Source: a virus. Taken from it: 64,000 nt of DNA. Position 1 is the first letter of the stretch; each line of letters opens with the position of its first letter. The stretch covers positions 1 through 64,000 of the IMG/VR virus record IMGVR_UViG_3300025141_016680; one strand, written 5' to 3'. This document shows positions 40,795 to 51,900 of the stretch, piece by piece. The notes beneath the pieces were generated by a model. That model ran no database searches and was not told where the DNA came from. It saw only the letters and a list, made by a program, of their open reading frames with translations. Position numbers and translations under genes: made by a program.

Positions 40795-41584
40795 TTTTAG
40801 TAATCCACTCGTCGACTCTTTGCCTCCATCTTAAGATAATTGGATCAGTGTGAAAATTTCTATATGATGAACGACCAACATGTGTAAATACAGGCTCTCC
40901 ATTAATTTGATGTTCCTCACCTCTCATTCCTGCAGTCATAAACTTGGATCTTTCATCATTTGAATTTATTAAAGGTAGTGCTATCCCATCTCCGCCGCGT
41001 ATCTTAATTTTAAAAGGTAGTTGCCAACCAACATCTAAGTCAATAATATCCCCAGGATCCCTTCCAAATACTCTAGCATTTGTAGAATCAATTGTTATCT
41101 GTCTTGTCTTTGCAGGAGTAAATGATATACTGCTGCACATCTGCAATGCTTTCACTCTAAACAAACAGCATATAGCATTGGGAAATTTTAGATATTTTGA
41201 TCCACTATACTCTGAGCCTATGATAACGATATCGTCATGAATTAAGCTAAGCATTTTTTCATCCCAGCTCTTTGCAAGAAAAGCGACGTCTGCATCAACT
41301 ATCATTCCAAAATCTTCTGTCATATTGCTGAATAGTAAATCGAGACAAAGTCCATGATCATGACTAGATATTGGATTATCATTTATTGCATCAATTATTT
41401 TTATCTCTGAGTCTGTGTCTACGGTTAATATTTCATCGGTATCGACACTTTTATCATTTATTGCAAGTATAAATTCAACTCTTTTTTGATCACTTACAGT
41501 CATATTTGATGACCATATTAAATGTTTAACATAGTGCTCTGAATTGATTCCACACGGAATCCCTATTTGAATTTTTGATTCCAT
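40787..41584 (-). CDS. Putative GT-A glycosyltransferase
   Basis: SHDHGLCLD, MIVDADVAF (DxD), DLDVGW. Confidence 0.6.
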   Translation of the reverse strand: MESKIQIGIPCGINSEHYVKHLIWSSNMTVSDQKRVEFILAINDKSVDTDEILTVDTDSEIKIIDAINDNPISSHDHGLCLDLLFSNMTEDFGMIVDADVAFLAKSWDEKMLSLIHDDIVIIGSEYSGSKYLKFPNAICCLFRVKALQMCSSISFTPAKTRQITIDSTNARVFGRDPGDIIDLDVGWQLPFKIKIRGGDGIALPLINSNDERSKFMTAGMRGEEHQINGEPVFTHVGRSSYRNFHTDPIILRWRQRVDEWITKNA

Positions 41585-41590
41585 TTTAAA

Positions 41591-42688
41591 CTAAAAACTA
41601 TTAACAGCTTCAACAACTGTTTTCCTATCCTCTTCTGTTAACCACCATCCGACAGGAATATTCATCATTTTTGAACAAAATTCATCAGTCCCTGGTAAGT
41701 CATCTCTTTCAAACTTTTTATACACAGAGTATCTATCATTTCTTACATGAACAACATCTGTTGCCACACCTTTGCTTGCCATATGACTCTTAAATTCATC
41801 CCTATTATCTACAAGAAGACTGTAGATCCAGCATGCAGACTCAGAATTTTTTGATCTTTTGAGCTTTTTAACACGTGAATTATTAATATTTTTATCAAAA
41901 AATGCACTATTATCCTGGTGACTTTTAATAAGCGACTTTATTGTCTTCATTTGCTCAAGCCCGATTAATGCATTTAAGTTGTTCATGTGAAACTTATATC
42001 CCCACTCTGTGACGTCCTGCTCCCATCGAGATTTTCCTGTCTTTGCAGTATACTTTCTGTCTAAACCAAACCACCTAAGGCTTTTTATCCTTTGGTCATC
42101 ATCGTGGTTTTTTGAGCAAATTGCACCGCCGTCCGCGGTTGTTAAGTGTTTTATTGCCTGAAATGAGAAGCATGTAAAATCACTATGACCCCCTATCGGG
42201 ATTCCATTGTATGTTGCTCCGAGAGCATGTGCAGCATCTTCAATTACCTTTATATCAAAATCTCTTACAATTTTATTAATTTCATCTATCTCAAATGGCT
42301 GGCCGGCCCAATGGACAGCAGAAATAGCCTTTGTTCTAGGAGTTATCTTTCTTTTAACATCACATGGGTCAATATTCCCAGTCTCAGGATCAATATCTGC
42401 CCAGACAAGCTTTGCACCAAATACAGATGCAGGCTCATTTGTTGCCATGCATGTCATAGGTGTAACAATTACCTCATCATCAGGCTGAATGTCACAAAGT
42501 CTAAACGCTAGTGTCAAAGCTGATGTGCAGCTATTGACAAGTGAACAATTTTCATTCTCAACATATTCAGAAAACTCTTTTTCAAATCTATCTGAATATT
42601 CTCCTTCTGTCACCATGCCGTTTTCAAAAAGCTTATCTATTAATGGTCCTAGTGTTCCAGGATTATGAACTTTAAAAAGATTTATCAT
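41591..42688 (-). CDS. DegT/DnrJ/EryC1 sugar aminotransferase
   Basis: VNSCTSAL, IEDAAHALG, FSFQAIKHLTTADGG (catalytic Lys present). Confidence 0.92.
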   Translation of the reverse strand: MINLFKVHNPGTLGPLIDKLFENGMVTEGEYSDRFEKEFSEYVENENCSLVNSCTSALTLAFRLCDIQPDDEVIVTPMTCMATNEPASVFGAKLVWADIDPETGNIDPCDVKRKITPRTKAISAVHWAGQPFEIDEINKIVRDFDIKVIEDAAHALGATYNGIPIGGHSDFTCFSFQAIKHLTTADGGAICSKNHDDDQRIKSLRWFGLDRKYTAKTGKSRWEQDVTEWGYKFHMNNLNALIGLEQMKTIKSLIKSHQDNSAFFDKNINNSRVKKLKRSKNSESACWIYSLLVDNRDEFKSHMASKGVATDVVHVRNDRYSVYKKFERDDLPGTDEFCSKMMNIPVGWWLTEEDRKTVVEAVNSF

Positions 42689-42908
42689 TGCTGTCTCCTA
42701 TTTTTTGACTGTACACTTTTCCATACGAAATACGATTACACGTCCTTTCAAAGAAATAATATATGATAAAACCGCTAATGTTCATGTAAAACGCATTAAT
42801 AATAGCCCTTTCTGACACATCTGACACAAGAATAATAAAGCTATTAAGTATAGCAATAATTCTCCATATCAAAGATTTTAAAAGGCTTCTAGTTTTTGTT
42901 TCAATCAT
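42672..42908 (-). CDS. DUF2061-like small membrane protein
   Basis: ETKTRSLLKSLIWRII...YYFFER pattern. Confidence 0.65.
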   Translation of the reverse strand: MIETKTRSLLKSLIWRIIAILNSFIILVSDVSERAIINAFYMNISGFIIYYFFERTCNRISYGKVYSQKIGDSNDKSF

Positions 42909-43873
42909 TGCTGTTTTCCAAATAGCTCTTCAAAGACCTTAATATTATAGTAAGTCTTATCGTCAAAGCTATATGTTGATAAGTCTATATTTCTTAAAAT
43001 TTCATTAACAGAGTCTCCAGGAGAAAACTGAGGAACGAAATCAAGCTGATCTTTTATCTTGTTATTTGTTACTTTATAGTTTCTACATTCTGGAATATTT
43101 TTAATCTCTATGTCTACAGTGATCCCATTATTTAATAACTCATCTCTAATTTCATCAGCTAAGCGGCCCATTGTGTAATTGTCATATGATACATTAAATA
43201 CACCTGTTATTTCTGGGCTTGCTTCAATTGCCCTGATGTATGCTGTGGCGATGTCACGTACATCTGTTAAAGGTCGCCATACACTAGGGTTATTTACAAC
43301 TATCTTTCCCTCTGTCAGCGCAAACTTTGTCATTGTGTTTACAACAAGATCATATCTCATTCTCTTGGAATACCCACCTACCGTTCCCTTTCTAAGAGAT
43401 ATTGGTCTAAATGTTTCATCTTCAAAGCTCATAACAGCACTCTCACCCAACATTTTTGAAATACCGTATGGAAATTTTGGAGAAACATGAGAGCTCTCAT
43501 TCATCAATTTATCAGCTGTATATCCATAAATACTGCATGAACTTGCATACACAAATCTTTGCACGCCTGCTTCCTTAGAAATAAATGCAAGATACGTTGG
43601 TGAGGATGCATTCTCAACAAAGTTCATAGATGGGTTAAAGTTTGCCATTGGATCATTTGACACACCAGCCATAAAGATGACAACGTCAAATCCAGAAACA
43701 TCGTCTGGAGTTAGTGACCTAATATCAGCATTAATTATATTTGTTTCATCTGGAAGACTATTTCCAAACCACAGTAAATCTACAACAGTAACATCATACT
43801 GTCTTTCAATTAGTTTTGGTACTAAGACTGAGCCGATATATCCTGCGCCGCCTGCAATTAGAATTTTTTTCAT
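42905..43873 (-). CDS. NAD-dependent epimerase/dehydratase
   Basis: AGGAGYIGS, VSNDP, YASSCSIYG, YGISK, RMRYDLVVNTM. Confidence 0.88.
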   Translation of the reverse strand: MKKILIAGGAGYIGSVLVPKLIERQYDVTVVDLLWFGNSLPDETNIINADIRSLTPDDVSGFDVVIFMAGVSNDPMANFNPSMNFVENASSPTYLAFISKEAGVQRFVYASSCSIYGYTADKLMNESSHVSPKFPYGISKMLGESAVMSFEDETFRPISLRKGTVGGYSKRMRYDLVVNTMTKFALTEGKIVVNNPSVWRPLTDVRDIATAYIRAIEASPEITGVFNVSYDNYTMGRLADEIRDELLNNGITVDIEIKNIPECRNYKVTNNKIKDQLDFVPQFSPGDSVNEILRNIDLSTYSFDDKTYYNIKVFEELFGKQQ

Positions 43874-44451
43874 TATTTATCCTTAAAATTAAATTTTGGA
43901 TTATTTCTATATTCAGAAAAAGACTGTGCTGCCGAATCCTTTTCTGATAATATTAAGCTGCTTTTATCAATGCCCCAGTCAATATTAAGCTCTGGATCGA
44001 GTGGGTTTATTCCGGATTCTCCATCTGAGTTATAAACTGCTGTGCACTTGTAATGTAGCACAGTGTTATCTTCAAGAGAAATAATTCCATGAGCATAGCC
44101 CGGTGGAACCCATAGTTCTTTTTTATTTTCTGCCGTTAGCATAAATGATTCATAAACTCCATACGTTGGTGATCCTTTTCTTACATCGACAATGACATCC
44201 ATGATTGCACCGCTTGCCACCTTGACAAATTTTCCCATTGGGCCGTCCCACTGATAGTGTAGGCCTCTTATTACATTCGCCCTTGATATAGAAAAATTAT
44301 CTTGGACAAATATTTCATTAAATCCCGCTTCTTTAAACGTATTCTCATTATATGATTCGTAAAAACACCCTCTGTGATCATGAAAAACCCTTGGTGTAAA
44401 TACAAAAACATCATTAAAATTTTTACTTTTTTCCTTTGCAACTTTCTTCAT
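43873..44451 (-). CDS. rmlC: dTDP-4-dehydrorhamnose 3,5-epimerase family
   Basis: DHRGCFYESY, QDNFS, RGLHYQ, DVRKGSPTYG, VPPGYAHG. Confidence 0.92.
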   Translation of the reverse strand: MKKVAKEKSKNFNDVFVFTPRVFHDHRGCFYESYNENTFKEAGFNEIFVQDNFSISRANVIRGLHYQWDGPMGKFVKVASGAIMDVIVDVRKGSPTYGVYESFMLTAENKKELWVPPGYAHGIISLEDNTVLHYKCTAVYNSDGESGINPLDPELNIDWGIDKSSLILSEKDSAAQSFSEYRNNPKFNFKDK

Positions 44452-44921
44452 TTAGAAATCTCCATCTTCATCTCAATTCTCTTAATTTTTTCTTTGCCCC
44501 TGAACACTGGGTCGGTTTTTTTGTTTGTTCTTTTAAATCCAACTTTTTCGTAGAGAGAAATTGCTCTAACATTAAATTCTAAAACGTATAAGATAAACGT
44601 CTTAAACCCAAAAGATTCTAACATAAAGTTCATAAACTTAGGGTATGCCAGCTTTGCTATTCCCATTCCCCGGTATGTTCTATGTATGTCACATCCTATA
44701 AACACACTGCTTTCATCTTCATTCCATGAAGATGTTCTAAAATACCCTACATCATTGTTATTATGAGTCAAAATATAAAATTTTGGCTTGCTTTTCCTGA
44801 ACCATTCGCGGCATTGATTAATTGTAAATCTAGTATTATCATCAAGAAAATCGGCACATTCATTTCGTATGGCAATAAAAAATTCAAGATCATCTGCACA
44901 CATTTCTCTAAAGCGTATCAT
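44448..44921 (-). CDS. GNAT N-acetyltransferase (PseH-like)
   Basis: YRGMGIAK and VLEFNVRAISLYEKVGF. Confidence 0.85.
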   Translation of the reverse strand: MIRFREMCADDLEFFIAIRNECADFLDDNTRFTINQCREWFRKSKPKFYILTHNNNDVGYFRTSSWNEDESSVFIGCDIHRTYRGMGIAKLAYPKFMNFMLESFGFKTFILYVLEFNVRAISLYEKVGFKRTNKKTDPVFRGKEKIKRIEMKMEISK

Positions 44922-45641
44922 CTACTGATCTTCTTTCTTGGCGATAAATCCTCTAGCTCTTACAAGGTTTATTGTTGAAATCTGCCTCATCTCAGCCCAA
45001 TCTCTATCATTAACTGACACAGAGTTTATGTTGTATCTATAACATACAGTGTCTATATACTTTCTCTTATTTGAAACGCTTAATATCGGCAACATTAAGG
45101 CTTGATCATATCCACGCTTGAACCATTTTAACTCTTCGTCCTTAAAATTTTTATCAGATATTTTTTTTAACAGTGCACACCTGAACGTTCTTAAATGAGA
45201 ACTGCACCATGGCCAAAAATACGGATCTACATTGTCTGGCATATCATTTGATATATTGCTTCCGTTTATATCCCATTCATGAGCAGTCCAAACAACATCG
45301 CTACCATTACTATACTCATTATTAACAATTGACACAGCATCGTTATTGCACAAAAAATCATCTCCATCAATTGTTGCGATAATGACATTATCAGCAACAT
45401 CCTGAAACAGTCTAGATGTTTCAACAATATTTCTTAATGCAAACTTTTTAACTGAATTTTTTCTACACGAAAACCTGCTGTCGTTTGTGCAAATTTCAAT
45501 CATTTTTTTCCAGGTATCATCTTCTGACATGTCATCAACCATAATACATGTCCATCGATCATCAGACTGAGACTGTAATGATGAAGCAAGCTTGTCAAGA
45601 TTTCTTTCTGCATTAAAGCATGGAACTACAAATATTATCAC
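44922..45641 (-). CDS. Glycosyltransferase, GT2-like
   Basis: VVPCFNAE, MVDDMSEDDT, TIDGDD. Confidence 0.88.
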   Translation of the reverse strand: MIIFVVPCFNAERNLDKLASSLQSQSDDRWTCIMVDDMSEDDTWKKMIEICTNDSRFSCRKNSVKKFALRNIVETSRLFQDVADNVIIATIDGDDFLCNNDAVSIVNNEYSNGSDVVWTAHEWDINGSNISNDMPDNVDPYFWPWCSSHLRTFRCALLKKISDKNFKDEELKWFKRGYDQALMLPILSVSNKRKYIDTVCYRYNINSVSVNDRDWAEMRQISTINLVRARGFIAKKEDQ

Positions 45642-47563
45642 TTTTTATCAATCCAGTTTCTTATAATCTCTGGATTACCCTGTGACAATTTCATGTGCGG
45701 GGTCTTTTTTGAAAAATCTACCTTTGTATGAAAAATCCATCCGCCCATCTCATTTGCAAGCTTTTCTGCGAAATTATCCAATTCCTCATCTGTTGTCTCA
45801 GACCAGGGCTTATTAAAAAACATATTATTTTCAGCAGTGTCAGCCTGGCTTATATTGTATAGACTTTGCCAGTGCTTCGACCAGTAATTTTTATATGTTC
45901 TTATTTTTCGCTTAATATCGAACCATGAGTAATGATGAACGCTAGGAAGATTATTTGTCATCTCCTGAAACCACATCTGATAATTGCTCAATGCTTCCTT
46001 GTCAGAAAATGCTTGATTTCTCAGTGCATCACTTTCTCCGGTGTAAAAGTTTGCAAATTCAACTCTTTCAAACGTGTCACTTCGAATATAATCACAACCA
46101 TCAGTACCAGGTAGAGAGTACATTTCTCCACTCTCATCGAACTTTCTAAGCTCTTTTGGAATGCCATGTGTGATGTGCGGTTTATTTCGACTAAATCTCC
46201 ACTTCCACGGTGTGACATCTATTCTTATCTTTTCATGCCCACCCCAGTATTCAATTACGGGTAGTGCAAGAAGGTCTATATTTTTTGGAAGAATTTTTGA
46301 TAAATTCGCAATCTTGTCATAATCGTCCTGATGAATAATCTCATCTGAATCCTGCTGCCAGCAAAATTCACCCGTGCAGAGAACTCTTGCAAATGCTTTT
46401 TGTAATCCATCAAATACTGCAAATCTTGGATGATTCCAGTCCCTTACATTCTGGTGCACAAGTAGCTTTTCGTGCTTCTCTGTCAGCTTCTGAAGCTGCT
46501 CCCAGGTCCCGTCCTTGGAACCACCATCAACAACAACTACCTGGTCACAGAAGGCAAGCATGGACTTTATGCTCTCCACAAAGGGATAATTCTGCTCAAT
46601 ACAATTCAATGTGGTAGTATATCCACTGATTGTTGGCTGATATTCGATTATCTTCTTTATTTCATTCCAAAATCTTTTTCCTGCTGACTTGAGATAACCC
46701 TCAACAGCGTTTAAGTCAGCTGTATTAAACCACTCCTCATTAATGTGCTGTACATTTTCATTTGTAATGATGTCACAGCCTAATAGCTTTGCCTCTATGA
46801 TAAGCCGTGGACATGTATCCTTTCCCTTCGGTAGAAAGACTAGCGCTTTTGCCTGTGAAAGCCTTTCAAGCATATCCTTGTATGGAAGGTCCCAGAGAAC
46901 CTCGTAGTCAAAATTCTTTTTCTTGCAAAGTGCCTCACCATCCTGTGTTCCCTTTATCCAGGATGTTGAACCTACAACAAGATACTTCTCTCGATTGACA
47001 TCCTGCGCTTTTATTCGCAAGTAATCAATCTCACTAAAGAAATCAGAGTTGAATACAGATGATAGAACGGTATTTTTAATCTGCTCAAGAAATGGAAATG
47101 CCTGATGATACTTTTGCATCTGCTGCTCTGACATCCACCAAAGAGACTTTGCTCCATAGTAAAATGCTGAAACCATCTTTCCATACATTTGATTCTGACA
47201 GTCGCACGGCATGTTCTCTGCCTGCTCATGCTTTTCTGTTGATCTATACTTACAATATTTGTAATCAAACTCAATAATTGAATAATTTAAGTTTGCAACA
47301 ATTGTTGGAATGAGATTCCAGTCCATTGATGAATAGTTTCCAAAAATCCAGTGCTTTCTTATTCCCTGTGACAGAAGTTCTGCTGTCACCTTGCTTGAGT
47401 GTAATTTAAAAACTTTATATGTCGATGAATCAATTATTGCATCAGTTGTTAATTCTGCTCCTCCAAGATGATCAGACGAGAACATATCTCCAACAAAGAC
47501 AATGTCACAGTCATCTGGTACACTTGGAGGAGGCTCTATATTAAATGGACTACGATTGAACAT
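45638..47563 (-). CDS. Bifunctional glycosyltransferase (GT4-like plus GT2-like fusion)
   Basis: N-half GGAELT...IKG...DTCPRLIIEAKLLG. C-half VVVVDGGSKDGTWE...WQQDSDE. Confidence 0.8.
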   Translation of the reverse strand: MFNRSPFNIEPPPSVPDDCDIVFVGDMFSSDHLGGAELTTDAIIDSSTYKVFKLHSSKVTAELLSQGIRKHWIFGNYSSMDWNLIPTIVANLNYSIIEFDYKYCKYRSTEKHEQAENMPCDCQNQMYGKMVSAFYYGAKSLWWMSEQQMQKYHQAFPFLEQIKNTVLSSVFNSDFFSEIDYLRIKAQDVNREKYLVVGSTSWIKGTQDGEALCKKKNFDYEVLWDLPYKDMLERLSQAKALVFLPKGKDTCPRLIIEAKLLGCDIITNENVQHINEEWFNTADLNAVEGYLKSAGKRFWNEIKKIIEYQPTISGYTTTLNCIEQNYPFVESIKSMLAFCDQVVVVDGGSKDGTWEQLQKLTEKHEKLLVHQNVRDWNHPRFAVFDGLQKAFARVLCTGEFCWQQDSDEIIHQDDYDKIANLSKILPKNIDLLALPVIEYWGGHEKIRIDVTPWKWRFSRNKPHITHGIPKELRKFDESGEMYSLPGTDGCDYIRSDTFERVEFANFYTGESDALRNQAFSDKEALSNYQMWFQEMTNNLPSVHHYSWFDIKRKIRTYKNYWSKHWQSLYNISQADTAENNMFFNKPWSETTDEELDNFAEKLANEMGGWIFHTKVDFSKKTPHMKLSQGNPEIIRNWIDKK

Positions 47564-47621
47564 TTATGGCGCTCCACAAAGAGATTTTACAGCTCAATTT
47601 AGAGAAGTTTATAAAATATTG

Positions 47622-48935
47622 CTACCCAGCATGGTAGGTGCATGCTATCAGCTTTGTAGTCTCTGACTCCTGTGACCAATCAACTGCTTCTAGTGCCTTT
47701 GCAACTGTGTAGTTGTGAAGGAGATCGTCAGATTGCTTCATACCATGACCGGCAACATTTGATGAGCAAATATAGTCACCTGTTGATATATTTCCGCCCT
47801 CAGAGCAGACAAGTATGTTTCCATCACCAACTGCGTAGACTTGATGTGATATTGATCCATCCATGTCCTCTAACTCTCCTGAGTAGACTCCGATCACAGC
47901 TCTATCATTTGCAGATGTTGTCATGCTCATATTATAGTGTATGTGTCTGTTAGTTTTTTCGATGCTATCAACCTTCAACAAAATTCCGTAATTACGAGCG
48001 TCTTCGTCCTCTACAGTTCCAAAGTGACCACCTGTAAATTGATTATATGAAACTGTGGAGCCGGTGAAAGTGATATTTCCTATCTCTGTCCCATCGCCAT
48101 CACGGAAACTCATTGCAGTGTTTGTTCCTGAGCTTCCTGTTGTCCCACAGTCTATGCGAATGCCCCTTCTGTTTGTATTATCTCCATGGTGCTTGACATA
48201 GAATCCATAGTTGTTTGTAAAGTCTGTCTGGACCTGAACTCTTCCAATACTTCCAAACGTGGTGACACCTGCTGCGCTGTCTAGAAATCCCATCTTGCCA
48301 CCGCTCACACCTGCTTGCACATAGAAGGCATGGGTATTACTGGTGGCTTCGACACGAAAATTGTTGGAACCGTTGGCTTCTTCATTTATGACAACGCCGG
48401 TGGAGTCAACATTGAGGGCTTGCGCATTTGTACTTTCGATAATTGTTTCAAAGGCAGTATTACCCTTGTTGATGTAGATTGTGTTTGCGCTAGAGTCTAT
48501 AAAAAATGCCTCATCCTCTCCATCTGTCTCAATTCTAAAGTCTACATTGGCGTTGCTATCCTGATTAAAAATTGCACCGCCTGGGCCTATTGTCATTACA
48601 ACATCATCATCGTTGTGGAATGACGCTGTGAAGTCATTCTCGCCTTTATTAATATAAAAGCTGTTTTGACTGGCATCGAGGAATAGTGCCTCATCCTCTT
48701 TATCAGACTCTACCCTGAAATCTACAATGTTGCTTCCTCCTTCGTTGACGACTACAGTTGCGGTGCCGTCGCCAGCATCGAGTGTTATGCATTCAAGAAG
48801 AGTGCCGTCATTAATTTGAGAGAGCTTCATATCGGCGTCTTCTAAGACGATACCTCCGGAAGGCTTAATCGCACCCGTCACATTCAATGAAGAGACGTTT
48901 CCAGAAACATAAAGATTGTTTGTAACTAAAGCCAT
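47622..48935 (-). CDS. Tail fibre/spike protein with C-terminal intramolecular-chaperone-like domain
   Basis: Three VxNExxxxxxFRVE-type repeats. C-terminal YNQFTGGH...VYAVGDGNILVC...GDYICSS..GHGMKQ resembles a peptidase G2/IMC domain. Confidence 0.6.
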   Translation of the reverse strand: MALVTNNLYVSGNVSSLNVTGAIKPSGGIVLEDADMKLSQINDGTLLECITLDAGDGTATVVVNEGGSNIVDFRVESDKEDEALFLDASQNSFYINKGENDFTASFHNDDDVVMTIGPGGAIFNQDSNANVDFRIETDGEDEAFFIDSSANTIYINKGNTAFETIIESTNAQALNVDSTGVVINEEANGSNNFRVEATSNTHAFYVQAGVSGGKMGFLDSAAGVTTFGSIGRVQVQTDFTNNYGFYVKHHGDNTNRRGIRIDCGTTGSSGTNTAMSFRDGDGTEIGNITFTGSTVSYNQFTGGHFGTVEDEDARNYGILLKVDSIEKTNRHIHYNMSMTTSANDRAVIGVYSGELEDMDGSISHQVYAVGDGNILVCSEGGNISTGDYICSSNVAGHGMKQSDDLLHNYTVAKALEAVDWSQESETTKLIACTYHAG

Positions 48936-48938
48936 GAT

Positions 48939-51900
48939 TTATTCCTCTATCTCCTCAAGCATCATCTTGAATCTCTTTCCTGTCTTATTGTTGACAACAC
49001 ATAGGTAATCCTCTTCCTCAACGATTGTCCAGTTGCCTCTCTCATTCTTAAGATGAAGGTCTGCTGTGTAGACGTTTGCCCATCGAGTCGCATCTGATCC
49101 TATATTGTAAACATTGTGGGTGCCTGGTAAGACATCACCGTTGAAAATTGCAGCTGTTGAGAGTGTTCCCGCTGATGACCCGGTCGGGCCGACCCTAAGT
49201 GTTCCGCTTATAACTGCATCGCCTCCGAGAACAGTTGTTCCTCTTAGTCCTGCGCTACCTTGTGAACCAACAACGCCGGTGACATATAGAATTGTATCAT
49301 CACCAGTTATTCTCGGAGCTCCGATGAGAACCTCACCTGAGGCGCTGGCTACCAGCGTATATACTGGAGGTAGTACTCCGTTAGCAACTTGATGTGCAGC
49401 TCTAAATGTACCACTTACAATGGCATCACCTCCGAGAACAGAAGTTCCTTTAACAGAGCTACCTTGTGAACCAACAACTCCTGTAACATAGAAGATCGAA
49501 TCAGTGCCTGGGGCGAATGGTTCTCCTACGAATACATTTCCATCGTGAGTAATTCTCATTCTCTCAGTGAGATCAGCATCATCATCTGTGTTTGTTGCAA
49601 ATGTGAGATTTGTATCGCGTTTTGTTGTTGTTGTTCCCGCAGATGAGTCTCTTTCTGCACGAATTGCAGCACCTATCGCATCTATATCAATCTCTGAGGA
49701 GACATCGAATGCTATTCCTGCAAACTCATCTATTCCAACAACCCTATTCTTTAGAACCAGTGTGAAGTCATTGAGTGTGTTTTCTGGCATTGACGGATTA
49801 CTTGCTGACATCTCAACCATCAGACGGCCGTAAGGTGCTCCTGTGCTCGCTATTCCGATGCCGACACGATCATCATACCCATTAACGTAAAGCATGTGTG
49901 TGCTGTTTTTAGACTCAACTCTAAAATCGACTTGTTGATCTCCATCTTCATTGATGATAACTGATGGTCTTGTAATACCTGTCATTCTCAATACATCGCG
50001 AGAAGTACCGCCATCATTAATATTAAAGATAATGTCTTTGTTTTGTGTTGTATTGTAGATGTTCCAATCACCAGAATTTCCATGAGAAAATTGTAGAGGA
50101 TAAGTTCCAGCATCTTTAAGATAGACGTCACCCCCATCTACATCTAATATGATATCCCCTGCAACATCAATAGTGAGATCGCCAGAACTTAGATCTATTT
50201 CTGTTCCGTCGATTGTAATGTTGTCGACCTTCACTCCGCCGTCGGCGGTAAGCACCCCATCGACATCAAGTGTACCGGTTATTAGCATCTCAGACACGGT
50301 GCCAGACAGATAGAGATTATTGCTTATGAGAACACTATCTGATGAAATATGTGTCTGTGTGCCCTTAATTGACCCTGTCAACGTGATGTCAGAGACATTT
50401 CCAGAGAGATAGGTTCCAGCTGGCCCGACTGATAGAATCGTGGTTCCATTAGCCTGGAGTGCGACGCTGGAAGCACCATCTAGTGTGAGTGAGCCTGTTG
50501 ACTCTATCTCTGTTGCGACAGACGACTCGATGACCTTCGATGCGCTGTTCTTAATCGTTCCAGTTAGATTGAAATCTGAAACTGATCCAGAGAAGTGTGC
50601 ATTGTCTGTGGTTGCCAGCTTGGCGACTGTGAGCAGATTAGAAGTTTTGTTGAATACGAGACCTGAATCTCCAGCAAATGCTCCACCATCATTAAATTGA
50701 ACCTGGGTATCTGATCCCGCTGGAGTTCCACCGGTTGCTGAAATTGTTAAAGCACCTGATGAACCCGTATTAATTGTGACATTTGTTCCAGCGATAAGAT
50801 ATTCAGATCCATTGGCCAAAGTTGTTAGCGATCCACTTAGTTTGTCAGCAAAGACTGAACCTGAGAGGTACATGCTATTATCGACCTTGATCGAATCAGC
50901 AGATATATGTGTCTGTGTGCCTTTAATAGATCCTGTCAGTGTGATATCAGAGACATTTCCAGAAAGATAGGTTCCGGCTGGACCAACTGACAAGATCGTG
51001 GTTCCATTTGTCTGAAGGTTGACACCTGTTTTTCCGTCTAGTGTGAGAACACCAGCTGTTGTCTCTATCTCAGTTGCCACAGAGGACTCTATGACCTTAG
51101 AAGCACTATTTTTAATAGTTCCTGTCAGTGCGAAATCTGAGAGAGATGATGAGAGATAGAGGCCGTTTGTGATACCAACACCGATGCTCACATTTCTTTG
51201 ATCATCGATAGCTATTACAGTTGTTCCATCTTCCTGAAGATTTATACCTGTCTTACCATCTAGTGTTAGAATACCCGCATCAGTTTCTATCTCTGTTGCA
51301 ACTGAAGATTCGATAATCTTGGTTGCACTGTTTTTAATAGTTCCTGATAGTGCAAAGTCTGATACAGATCCTGAAATGTGCATATTTCCGTCAAATAGAG
51401 ACGGTGCAAGTATATGCATGTTTCTTCCATGTGCACCTGAGACAAGAAGTCCCTGCTGAATGTATGCACTACCTGAAATCGATAGTGAGCCAGTTGATGT
51501 TGCATCTATCTCTGCGACAATCTTCTCTGCATAAAATGTTCCAGAGACGATAACATCGCCACCAAAAACAGCTGATCCTGTATTTGATGTGTTTCTTGAT
51601 CCCGCTGTACCGCTTACAAAGAAAAATACGTCAGATCCCACATCAGTCGTATCATATATTAACCCTAATCCTGGCCCTGCTATAGAAAGAGAGCCTGTGG
51701 AAGTTGCCTTATGACCTCTATCATTGAAGACAGTACTACTTCCGCCGCCAGCGATTCCGGTGAATGTGATAGTGTCACTGGTGGCATTTGTTGTGATTAC
51801 CATGTTTTGTGCTGCAGCAAAGGTGATTGTATCACCTGACTGATCTGCGACAACATCATCCTGTCCAGATACTGCTACTGTTCCAAATGCATTGCTTGCT

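Noticed and set aside
14822-47563. Bacterial O-antigen or capsule locus
   Set aside because: There is no flippase, polymerase, ABC exporter or initiating transferase. It is flanked by phage structural genes and interrupted by a phage-type nuclease.
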